A stretch of DNA of 63,867 bases, filler included, from Klebsormidium nitens (Eukaryota; Plantae; Klebsormidiophyceae): the NCBI GenBank assembly GCA_000708835.1. It is 5 parts of 5 records of this genome, joined end to end, with 100 filler letters (N's around TTAATTAATTAA, not from the genome) between each part and the next. Parts side by side here need not be neighbours in the genome. Positions count along the whole stretch, not along the records: positions 51,991 to 60,294 come from DF238253.1; positions 60,395 to 63,867 come from DF238574.1; 3 more parts are not named here. One strand, 5' to 3'. The position numbers were made by a program, and so were the translations under genes. The notes under the pieces are model-generated. The model did not search any database. It was not told the DNA's origin and worked only from the letters and a program-made list of their open reading frames with translations. This document shows positions 54,421 to 63,867 of the stretch, in pieces (positions within the stretch are counted from its first letter, which is position 1; every line of letters begins with the position of its first letter).

Positions 54421-57400
54421 AAATGCTATTATAAAATCAGAGAAAATGACGTAATCCAGCGGGGGGTCGAGGGGGCGTAGGTCCTCTTTTTCGTTTACCT
54501 CCTCCTAGTTCCACAGACTCGGACGACTCCAAAAATACCGTGTTTTCAGATACCTCCTTTTTTTCGGCGAATTCGTCCTTCTGACGAAAGAAAGCGAGGA
54601 AAAAGAAAATGGCCGAAAATCAAAATTCCGCGGAATCCACAAATGGAAGGACGAAAGGAGGAAACCGAAAAAGAGACCAACTTTTGTAGATTTTCGCTGC
54701 TCATTACGACTTCGTGCTGTTACACATTATATAGACCCCTTCTTCTTCGAGAGTCATCGACCTGATCGACGGTATCGAGGCCCCAGCAGATTTGATCGGA
54801 ACGGTTCCGCTATGACTTTCGCGGTTTTGTCTGGCAGGTTCAGATTCGGCTTAGCCCACCTGTACATACCTACTATCGTCGTTTGGGTACATCCGAGCTT
54901 CACAATCTACCAGCGCCCAGTTTTGCGACTCGGTATCCACTGTTTCGCTTCACCGGTGCTAGGCGCCGGGTAGATTGCAGAAGTCGCCACCATTTTTGGC
55001 ATGCCATTTTCAGCCGTCTTCTTCCGTTCGGATGGCAACATTGTGATGTTCAGTCGAAGTTCCGTTGCGCGGAATTGCGAAATATAGTTGACAATGGCGA
55101 AAGTCGTAGAGATGACTTCAGAGATTCAGAACTCATGCTGTACGGTACGACGTCGCGTTCGTACAAGTGTTCCCGGGGCAGAACATACAGTAGGGAAGCC
55201 TGTACGATCGCGGCGCATACGCAAAGCTGTACCATTTCGAGTCTTGACCCACCTTTTCACAGGCTAGTTATATGAAGTTCCGGGTACTCCGACATCGTCG
55301 CGACGGTCGGGCCAACAGATGCGCAACAACATTGCAACAGCGTTGCAACATTGTTGTGTTACCCCGAAAAGTGACTACCTTCATAATTCGTCTACCGGAG
55401 TTACGGCGGCCGCGCGCGTATCTGGTGCCGCAAGTCAGACGTCATTTCCAACCTTCTGGGGCCAAGTCGATCGGCGGAATTCCGGCTGGCGTGGGCGACT
55501 TTGGCATAGCTTCTGTAGGTAATTCCGGCCTGCCGACTTCGGCCGGAATGAGCACATACATCTTTACTTCAGCCAGACTGTACGGTATAGCCTAGCGCTG
55601 TTGGCAGGCTACGGTTGGACGTCTTAGCTTCAAGAGTAAGTTCGTCATGTGACATTTCTGATCTTCAAGGCGTGGCATGCAACTTTCGGCGTGCCGGAAA
55701 CAGAGCTAATTAAGAAAGCAATCAAAGAGAAGCACAGTTCATAGACATAAGACCGAGTGACGCTAGTGACTGTTTCTATTTTGTTAGTGATCAGCGAGTC
55801 CCGGGACCACAAAAGAGAAAGACCTTCGACTTTTAAGACATTAGTTTAGGAGCGATCACTTAAGCAAGGCGCCTCGTTTTCGACAGCCACGATCTCTCTT
55901 GTTCATATCGACCACAGTCACCATGTGTTGTATATCCCGCGCCGCTTTCATGTCACCCTCAGCTTAGTACATCATTGGGGTAGTTTGTTGCTAGTGAGTT
56001 GCACTGTGTATATCGCCGCCGTCGCGCCGCAGTCATGAGTAGTTCTTTTTTGAGAGGGGAGCTTTCTGGTTCCGTCGACGGGATATGTATTCCCGCTAAG
56101 TCTTCGTCCTCACACGAGCTTAGATGTTTCCAGTGAGAGCCGCGCATCTATATTGACAACGTCTGGGGCACTTACCTGCTTACTTCAAGGATTTCAGCTT
56201 ATGGAGTTTTGAGCAACCATATGGGAGTCCAGTACATCTTTTGGAGCTGATTTGGAGCTGCCCTTCAAGCTTGGGAGTCTTATGTGGTATACCCTTGAGT
56301 GGATTTCGTATATATCCTGAGTGGGGAGAAAGGGACGAGAGCGGCACATCCGGGGGTACTTCTTATGCATGTGCAGGTTAGTATGTTGACCTTCTCTTCT
56401 GATGGATGTTGCTTTGTAAGCTTCAATGGGGCTGCCAAGTGTCTTTCTTGACCACAAAAGGCTGTTTTGAGCTAAGTTCTAGACCTGGGTGGTTTTCGAG
56501 ACAAGATGTCTTCTGTAGTTTATTGCCAGGTGTCACTCAAGCTCATCCACATCAAGAGCAGTCAATGTTGCTGTGGGGCTTCAAGGAGTCTTTCTTTCTC
56601 ATGAGAATCAAAGGAAGATGTTAGCTTTAAAAATTGGAAGGCAGAATTCTGAATTGGGGGCTGCTTAATTTGCTCGGAGTTTTACATTATACTTCAGAGC
56701 TTCTTGTTGTACCTGAACCCTTCTCTTGGTTAATCTCAGCTATGAAGGACTCCTTCTAGAGTTCTTTTCTTCTAGCTTCTGAATGTGCATGAGTCTTTTG
56801 AGTGAAGGATGGGACCACACTGGTTTGTATGAGTTGCCGGTTTTGAGCGAGGCTCCGTTGAGCTACAAATCTTGAGCTGCAAAATGTTGGGGAGGCATTT
56901 TTGCTGCATGTCACATGCTTGAGAGTCGAGACTTTGCTTGAGAGAGTCGATTGAGTTGCTTGTCTGGTTTCTAAGGGGAGCTAGAATTCTGGTTTGAGTG
57001 TCTGCCTGCTCGCGTAGACGACCAGAATTCTGATTTGGGCGGCGCACGAGGCGCTTGACCCAAGTCCCTCTTACGTTAAGGTTGGGTGAGCTTGAGGTTT
57101 TTAATGGTTCCTCATCGAGTTGGGGGCTAACCTGAAGCTTGTCCAGGAGTGCACTGTGCATGAGGTGCGGTGATGCTTCCACTGTTTCGGGCCGGTTACT
57201 TGTTGAGCTGAATTGGTGCTACTTGAGCTGGAATTACGTGCCTGTTTTGTCGAATTTGGTGATACGTCGTCCTCTTAAATGCTTCTGACTGCATAGCTAT
57301 GCCTGGCTGCCGCTGCACTTTCCTCCCATCAGGAAAGACATGTCCAAGTGCTGTGAATTTGATACAAGTGCTGGAGATTGATCCCCGTGCTGCTTCTGAT

Positions 57401-57469
57401 CTTACAAAGTATCGACTTTGGGTTGCTATCCTAACTCAACGCCAGCGCATGCGTCATCAGTAATTCAAA

Positions 57470-59785
57470 ATGGGGACAGAAGAGAAGGGTCTTCCTGAGA
57501 TTAGCAGTGAACCGGAGATGTCTGAAAGGGAGCTTGCTGCACATAGGAGAATTGATGAGCTGAACCGTAAAGAGAAAGAGCTTGAGCTTCGAGAACGTCA
57601 GCTGCATGAGGTTTTGCAGGAGAATCTTCGCCTTGAGCAGTCTTTGCATGAGCTTCAGGAAAAGGAAGCTATGGTAGGTCCGGTTGATTCTTCTCGTCAT
57701 GCTGTAAATACCTCCCTGCCACAAGAAGACTTCCAGGAACGTCTAATGGCTGTGTTAGAGCAGCAAACAGCGAAACAGTTGACGCAGTTTGGTGACAGTT
57801 TACGCTCTGAGTTGCTGCATCTTCCTGGAAGTGACGTTTCAGGCAAACCGACTTCTACTTCGCCGCCTGCGGAGGGTGTCTTCCGATTTGGTACTTCTGG
57901 TGCTTCTCAAATGCTTGGTGTATCGGAGCCTTCTTCAAATGTTGCCGCTGTTTCCCCGGTATCCATTCTACGGAATGTTCACAATCAGACTCCTACGTTC
58001 TCACCTAGGGTCTTTGCTGGTTTACCACGTCGTCAGGTGTCACAATTGCAACCCGATGGTGATTCTGCTGGTCTTAATGCGGGAATTCCTTCAAGCTTCT
58101 GTACTTCGTCAGCCGGGCTTGTGTCACAGCCCTTTCTCGGTCCAAATCAGTCTTCGTTGCTGTCGTCAGCTATGGCTTACGGGCAGTCTGCTGGTCCTAC
58201 TTTGACTACTGGAGTTCAGCAAAATGGTTTTGCAGGTCAGAATCCGTTCGTTTCGTCCAACCCGTTTGCAGTTGCAAACCCGGATTTCAGTCAGTCGTCA
58301 TCAGGCTTTGCTGCTCCAAACCAGGCACCACCTTCTCAAGCTGTTTCTACTGCTTATGCTGCACTAACACCAGTGCCTATCTTTCCGTCTCAGAGTTCCG
58401 GGTCTCCTAACTTGCAGTACTTGCCTACTTTTGATGGTACACGGAAAGGTTTGACCGCGGTGTCTTGGTTGACTGATCTTGAGCAGGTCCGGATCTTGTA
58501 CAATCTTCACGATCAGAGAATGACTCCTCTTGCACGTCTGCGTTGTATCGGCAAGGCACGTGACTGGGCCGAAATTCAGCCGGAGAATCAATCTTGGTCT
58601 GAGTTCAAAGCCGCTTTTCTTCTTGAGTATGGGGAGAAGAATCAAGACAAGCTGTTTTTGGAGATGCTTAACCACACCCAGGATGAATCTTCTGTTGGTG
58701 AGTATGCCACTGCCATGCAGCGATACTTCCGTCAATTGTCGAGCGTACTTCCAGACAAGCAGAAAGAGTACTTTATTCGCAATCTCAAGATGGGTCTTCG
58801 TGAGAGTGTCTTTGCTGCTGATCCTAAAACTCTGGTTCAAGCAATTGAGATTGCCCATCGCGCTGAGGATATGTATGCTGCACTGCCCGGAAAGCAGGAA
58901 GAGGCGGGGACCGAAATCCGTAAGCTTCGAAAGCAAGTTGAACTTCTCTCTGTTCAGAGAAAAGCTGCAAGTCCTTCTAAGGTTCGCATGCTTCAGCGTC
59001 CTGCGCCTGGTCCTATGCCTACTGCAGCGCAAAATGCTGGTCCTCGCAATGACGTTCCGAACAATGGAGGCTTTGGAATCCGGTGTCTTGCTTGCAATTC
59101 GCCCGATCATGTTGTAAAAGACTGCCGAGAACCCCCTAAGTATCCGTTCTACTCCTGTTGTAACTTCTGGCGTTGTCATCGTGATGAGTGCCCTGAGTTG
59201 GGAAAGATGCAAGCAACCCATGCCCAGAATTTCCTTGGTGCAGTTCCGCCTCATTCTTCTTCTCACTTTCTTGAGGCCGATGAGGTTGACTCCGTTGCTT
59301 CTGATGATGATTGTCCTCCCGTGGAGTTATTCGCAGGCAGTGGGGATGAATCTGATGCTTCGTCCGAGTCTTCTGGCTATGAGAGTTCAGATACGGAGTC
59401 TTTGGATTCGGATCAGGAGATCTTTGCTGGTAAAAGAAGGCGTGAGCCGGAGTCAAGGCGTGATGCTGAGGCTCCCGGTGCTTCTAAAGCTCAAAAGTGT
59501 GATGCACATAAGCTTCCTCGTAAGCGTGAGCCTGTAAAACCTGTACTTCATCCCCTTTCTCCTGAGGAAAAGTTAAAGCGGAAAGCTGCGCGCGAGCGCA
59601 ACCGTGAGGTGAATCGTGAAACAAATCTGGGTATCATCCGTTCTCTACTGAAGGGTGTTCAACAAGATATTGCTGCGCATCGGAACCTTAAGCACTTCCG
59701 GACTGATTTGCATCATTACATTGACAAGCTTCTGTTTCATAATCGCGAGGAAAAGAAAGCTGTCCGTCCGCCTCAAGTAGAATAG
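57470..59785 (+). mobile_element. gag: Ty3/gypsy-type LTR retrotransposon Gag (coiled coil, retrotransposon gag domain, CCHC zinc knuckle), 771 aa
   Basis: LPTFDG...VSWL...GKARDW...SWSEFKAAFL...TQDESSVGEY...FIRNLKMGLRESV...PKTLVQAIEIA, then CLACNSPDHVVKDC. Confidence 0.9.
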
Positions 59786-59985
59786 GCAATTCCGCCGGGT
59801 GCTTCGCTTGCGGTTGACGCCTCCACTCCGTCTGACAACATGCCAAAACCTTCCGACTCTCGTTATCTTCACTTTGAAGTCGAGACTGAGTCCGGTACTT
59901 CTGGTAGGGAGCGGCCTGATGCTCCACCTTTTCCTCTTCGGACTGAAATCTATGCCGACATTGAAGGTGTTCGTGTTACCTTAGA
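59786..59985 (+). pseudogene. Start of pol (pre-protease region) in frame with gag, truncated before the catalytic DxG
   Basis: The frame stays open after TAG: AIPPGAS...PFPLRTEIYADIEGVRVT. The sequence then loses homology exactly where (A)LxDSGA is expected. Confidence 0.55.
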
Positions 59986-60294
59986 AATCGCCTTGCTCGG
60001 AAACATGCTAGCTAGGTGCATGATGCAGATAGGTCATTAATGCATAACAATGATGCAGACTGGCTGGTTGGTCATATCATCAAACAAGCCCACGGGAAGC
60101 CCACCTAATCAAAAGTTCATCAAAAGCATTCACCAACATTTTGATAGTTGAAGCGGGTCGGTCGGCGCGCAATGAAAACAGAAAACAGTGGGTCAAGCAC
60201 TTGGTGGCCGCAAGGCGGCGCACACAAGCGGATTCTTCCTATCTCTTCCAGGAAAGAATGTTCAATTTCTTCTTGTCTCTTCCCTTTTGATCTT

Positions 60295-60394
60295 NNNNNN
60301 NNNNNNNNNNNNNNNNNNNNNNNNNNNNNNNNNNNNNNTTAATTAATTAANNNNNNNNNNNNNNNNNNNNNNNNNNNNNNNNNNNNNNNNNNNN
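60295..60394. other. Artificial contig linker
   Basis: 44N-TTAATTAATTAA-44N. Confidence 0.97.
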
Positions 60395-60447
60395 AGCCAC
60401 GCAGTGCGTCATTAAGACGTAACCACCGCCGTTTCGCTAACCCGCAG

Positions 60448-62058
60448 GTCAACGAAATCCTGTCGAGAACGAGGTTAGGCTTAACCAGTCGTAATCGTTA
60501 CACCTGTGTTTGAAGGCAATCACGGACTTGTACTTGTGGTTTGAAGTGCCCAGTTCTTGTCCAGGTGGCAACGCGACCTGGCCGTCGCTCACCTGAAAAG
60601 GATGAGCGCCTTCAGAGGCGAGGCCGACGTCAAAAAGCGGGCGAGTGCGGATCAGACGGCTTATGACACCGGAGTCAACACCTTGAATATCACGTCACGG
60701 CTGATGCCAACCTACAAAGACTTTGAGCTCCTTGGTGTTGCCAAGCCCGCGAGACGTGAGTGACGCCTCCGGCATGCCGCCCGGGAGGACTTTTTGCACT
60801 CTTGCGTCCGTTCGATTCCCTGCCTGCTTGATTTTGATCTCGCCCGTGACATTCTACCCTTACGGATTAACCCATTTTTTGTTTCCGTTCTCGTCCATAG
60901 TCAACAAGCGGTGGCGATCCTTCCGGGCGTGGATGAGTTTCCGACCTCCGTGGACGCCAGCAGTCGTCCCAACACTGCTGGATCGGAACAATACGCCAAT
61001 CACTGAGCCTCTGAGCACCTTCTTCAAGGAGTTGCCGGAGCAGATTGGGTTCTTCATGCTCCGTGACGTGAGGCAGTGGGATGTTAGGAGGGTCGCGGCG
61101 TTCGCGCAGGCGGTGAAAAAGTGAAAGGCGGCTTGGCCTCACGCTCTTGACCACCGAGTAAGCCGGTTCTGTCTCAAAACAGTCTGTTTTTCCTTTGCGG
61201 TTGTATTTTTCACATCTAGGTTTATTTTGAGCGCCTAGGTGTAGTGATTCGTGCGATGTCTCTGGTTTGCTGCTTCATTGTGAGTTGGTTGATTTCACGG
61301 TATTCGTTAGCTCTTCATGTCTTGGAACTTTTTTCACGGCATGGATTTACAAAGGACCAATGACGCTTCTTCTACCATCGGTCCAATCGGATGCTCTATC
61401 GAGATAGCGGTGGGATCTGCTTCCAACAACTGGACTGGCTTGGGACGGGTGCTCTGCATTTTCGAAACTTGCAAAGCTTTGTGTTTGCATCTCTTCGCAA
61501 TTTCTCACTTCCCTTTTGCGGTATCCAGGTCTACGTCAGTTACTCCGTCTACACCGCCCCGATGGAAGAGAACGAGAGATCGAATACACACTCCGCTCGA
61601 GCAACTCCATCTTTCTCCAAGCGACCCGTCTTCAACGATGTCGTATTGAACGCGATCTTGCCAGGGGCGGGAAGGGCAAAGGCCGGGGGTAAGGAAGGCG
61701 GCGTCGGTGGGTCTGAATGGTTTGGTGCGGAAAGCTGCTGATGCTCTTCCGCATCAAGTTACGGAAGTACGACGCAGGGCTGGCAGAGACCGAGGGTCCA
61801 GTTGGTGCCCGATACGTTTCTCTCCCTTGTGCCTTTGTCCGCTGGTATGACCCACTGCCAAAATTGTTCGATGCGTCGGGGTGTAAGTACTACAGGTGGA
61901 AAGCGAGAAGCAATCAGCCCCGTGTCTCAGTTGTGTTTGCCACGACGCTTAGAGAAGTCGTACAGATGCTCCCTGTTCCCAGAGATCAAAATCCAGAGGA
62001 TCTTTCGGAAACACGGCTGTACAAAAGGAACACTTGGCTCCGAAAATTGACGCTCTAG
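60448..62058 (+). pseudogene. 3' part of a spliced Plavaka/CACTA(EnSpm)-like transposase gene, with an apparent frameshift near 61715-61735
   Basis: Candidate exons near 60448-60474, 60566-60756, 60901-61110 and 61530-62058. The C-terminal pattern THSARATPSF..RP.FNDVV...GKLLMLFRI...CAFVRWYD...SGC...V.F...LREVVQMLP...NTW resembles these transposases; the match is from memory. Confidence 0.45.
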
Positions 62059-62956
62059 CAAGCGTCGTAATTGAGTACGTAGATGGCGCACTAAGTAGCG
62101 TGAGTTTGTACTTTGAAATATAGGGACAGAGGCACATGTACATTGTACAGAGGAACATATACACACGGTGATACCATTACATGAAGCTGCTCCGGAAACG
62201 GTTTCTCGGCAGTGGAAGGCCCCGGAGGTATTGCATGCCAGTTTCTCGGCAGCTGGCATGGACAGGACTCCACCTTATCGACACGTCTCCTCTGCAAAGA
62301 ACGGCTGCCAGTAATTCTCTTTCATGGCCTAAACCTCAAGCTTGTACCTGTTGATCGCTTGCAATCTTGGTATGTAGCCGAGTTGGGCAGGCCGTAAGTT
62401 GCACGGGCGTGATGCCGATGCGCATGTCCGCCATATGCAGCTGCCACGGCTGGCATAGCTGGTCTGTGAGAGTAATTAAGAAATTGGGCGCGAGAACCAG
62501 GACCTTGAATGAAGGATCTTGACTCTTTGCCGCACAGGCACATGCTTTCCATGAAAAGCATCAAACGCCAGTGCTCAATGATTCACATGAAGAAACAGTG
62601 TTGCTAAGCATGTGAGCAGAAAGCGCTTCGATCTGAATGGAGGTATGAATTGAGCATCAATTGCATGAGGTAACTGTATCATGGAGTCGGACGTGGAGGC
62701 AAAAGCTATACTAGGAACATGGACCCGCATGAACACAAAACGCTGGCTGCAACTAGCTGGCCACGATCGTTAGGTATAGAGACCAGGACCATCCATATTA
62801 AGAATGCTATCGCGGAACTTGAAGGCTACAAATGGTTCAGATCATGCTCCTAGATTCTGAGGCTAGTGTTTCACAATTCCGAAATGCATACTGACACGCG
62901 CTTTTCACCCTCCTCGAGCAGTGATGGTGATTGTTTGCGTATCTGAAAATTTTCAA

Positions 62957-63867
62957 TCAAAGAAGCACTTCATCGAACCCATACTTCCAAGCATAAAAAG
63001 TCTCCTTCACTAATATGCTGGCAAGGTAATGATGAACTCCATCTTCCTTCGCTGATACTTTGCCCGGAAGTAACTCTATTGCTTCCTGTTCAATGATCTG
63101 AGGCTCCATCTGTTCGAACCTCAGACTTTGGACCGCTCCGCTCACATTGAAAGAGCCGCAAAGCTGTACGACTTGGCAGCCGTGTACGAGGTGGCTGCGC
63201 TTGATGATGAAGCCTGCATTGGTCTTGAGAATGGTCAAACCTGGGACTACAAACACTACGCCAGAGCTGGAAGCTGCTTCCGAATGCAGGGTGCAACCAT
63301 AAGCAACGTCTGATGTGGCTAGACTCCTCATTGACCACTTTCTTGCCGCACAATGACTGGCACCTAGCATAGAAACCCCGGTCTTCTTCACCAGCACCTC
63401 TTTGACCGTCCCGTCGGGGCCCACAACGCGTGTCAGACGGGTTTGCAACCTCCAGGGCCTGGCAGTTGCTGAGCCTTGACCAGCGCGGATGACGTCTCCA
63501 AGCAGGCCCAGAAAGTTACCACCTTCATCATCCGCTGAGTAGAGGGGAGGGAAACTACCAACCCCTCGCGGCATCCTGCCGCTGGCCAATATTCTCTTGG
63601 TGAGCTCAGTGACCTCAAAGCTAAGCATTGCGTTGCCTTCAGCGCACAGTTCCTTGTGGCCCCCATCTCCCCAATCTACTCTTTGGCATGCAACACTGCA
63701 GTAGCGGACTTTCTGGCATCCTGTACATATGCGAAGCTCCGTTTGGGGCACCTGCTTCTTGGCGCACTTGAGATTGCTGCAGCGCCCTGCCCAGGATTCA
63801 TGCCATCCTAGCTCTTGCTCAGCTTGAAAGCTTATCCCAAACGGATATGGTTCTGGCCAGGGGCTAC
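62957..63867 (-). CDS. MYND-type zinc finger protein, 5' end open to the window edge
   Basis: The frame is open upstream of 63751 and gives CSNLKC...CTGCQKVRYCSVACQRVDW...HKELC, a complete MYND pattern. No intron is evident. Confidence 0.85.
   Translation of the reverse strand, partial: SPWPEPYPFGISFQAEQELGWHESWAGRCSNLKCAKKQVPQTELRICTGCQKVRYCSVACQRVDWGDGGHKELCAEGNAMLSFEVTELTKRILASGRMPRGVGSFPPLYSADDEGGNFLGLLGDVIRAGQGSATARPWRLQTRLTRVVGPDGTVKEVLVKKTGVSMLGASHCAARKWSMRSLATSDVAYGCTLHSEAASSSGVVFVVPGLTILKTNAGFIIKRSHLVHGCQVVQLCGSFNVSGAVQSLRFEQMEPQIIEQEAIELLPGKVSAKEDGVHHYLASILVKETFYAWKYGFDEVLL

Noticed and set aside
54500-57400. LTR and primer-binding site for the gag element
   Set aside because: No TG...CA-bounded repeat or convincing tRNA-complementary PBS could be identified by eye, and the second LTR would be off-contig.

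Overview
This window is eukaryotic DNA, probably from a streptophyte alga such as Klebsormidium; that is inferred from gene content and intron style and is not confirmed. It is not one continuous locus. Five contigs (1-14890, 14991-22536, 22637-51890, 51991-60294, 60395-63867) are joined by artificial 44N-TTAATTAATTAA-44N six-frame-stop linkers. Contig 1 is a virus-like and mobile-element island. It carries inverted arrays of a ~103-bp TGACGTCA-containing repeat around a D5-type helicase exon, and a zinc-finger gene with three tandem 21-nt candidate microexons. It also carries an intronless Polinton-like-virus-type tyrosine recombinase and a Prim-Pol/Zn/D5-SF3 primase-helicase broken by two homopolymer frameshifts. 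Just downstream of the helicase is an AT-rich core flanked by convergent GGTAG/CTACC pentamers. A spliced SWIM-CxC-KDZ transposase and a Ty3/gypsy RT fragment complete the contig. No capsid or packaging ATPase gene is visible. Contig 2 holds a very GC-rich two-repeat MYB gene and GTAC-rich non-coding DNA. Contig 3 is ordinary host DNA: VPS3/TGFBRAP1-like, a Raf-like kinase, glucuronokinase, PACRG-like, and an unknown gene ending in an RFX/D5-like winged-helix domain, plus two MITE-like inverted repeats. Contig 4 has a two-part purine/pyrimidine-rich tandem repeat and a Ty3/gypsy gag with an in-frame UAG before a truncated protease. Contig 5 has a Plavaka/CACTA-like transposase 3' part and a MYND-finger ORF. 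The best candidate for an undescribed system is the recombinase + primase-helicase + candidate iteron origin module, which resembles a capsid-less integrative satellite replicon. All exon models and motif counts were read by hand.
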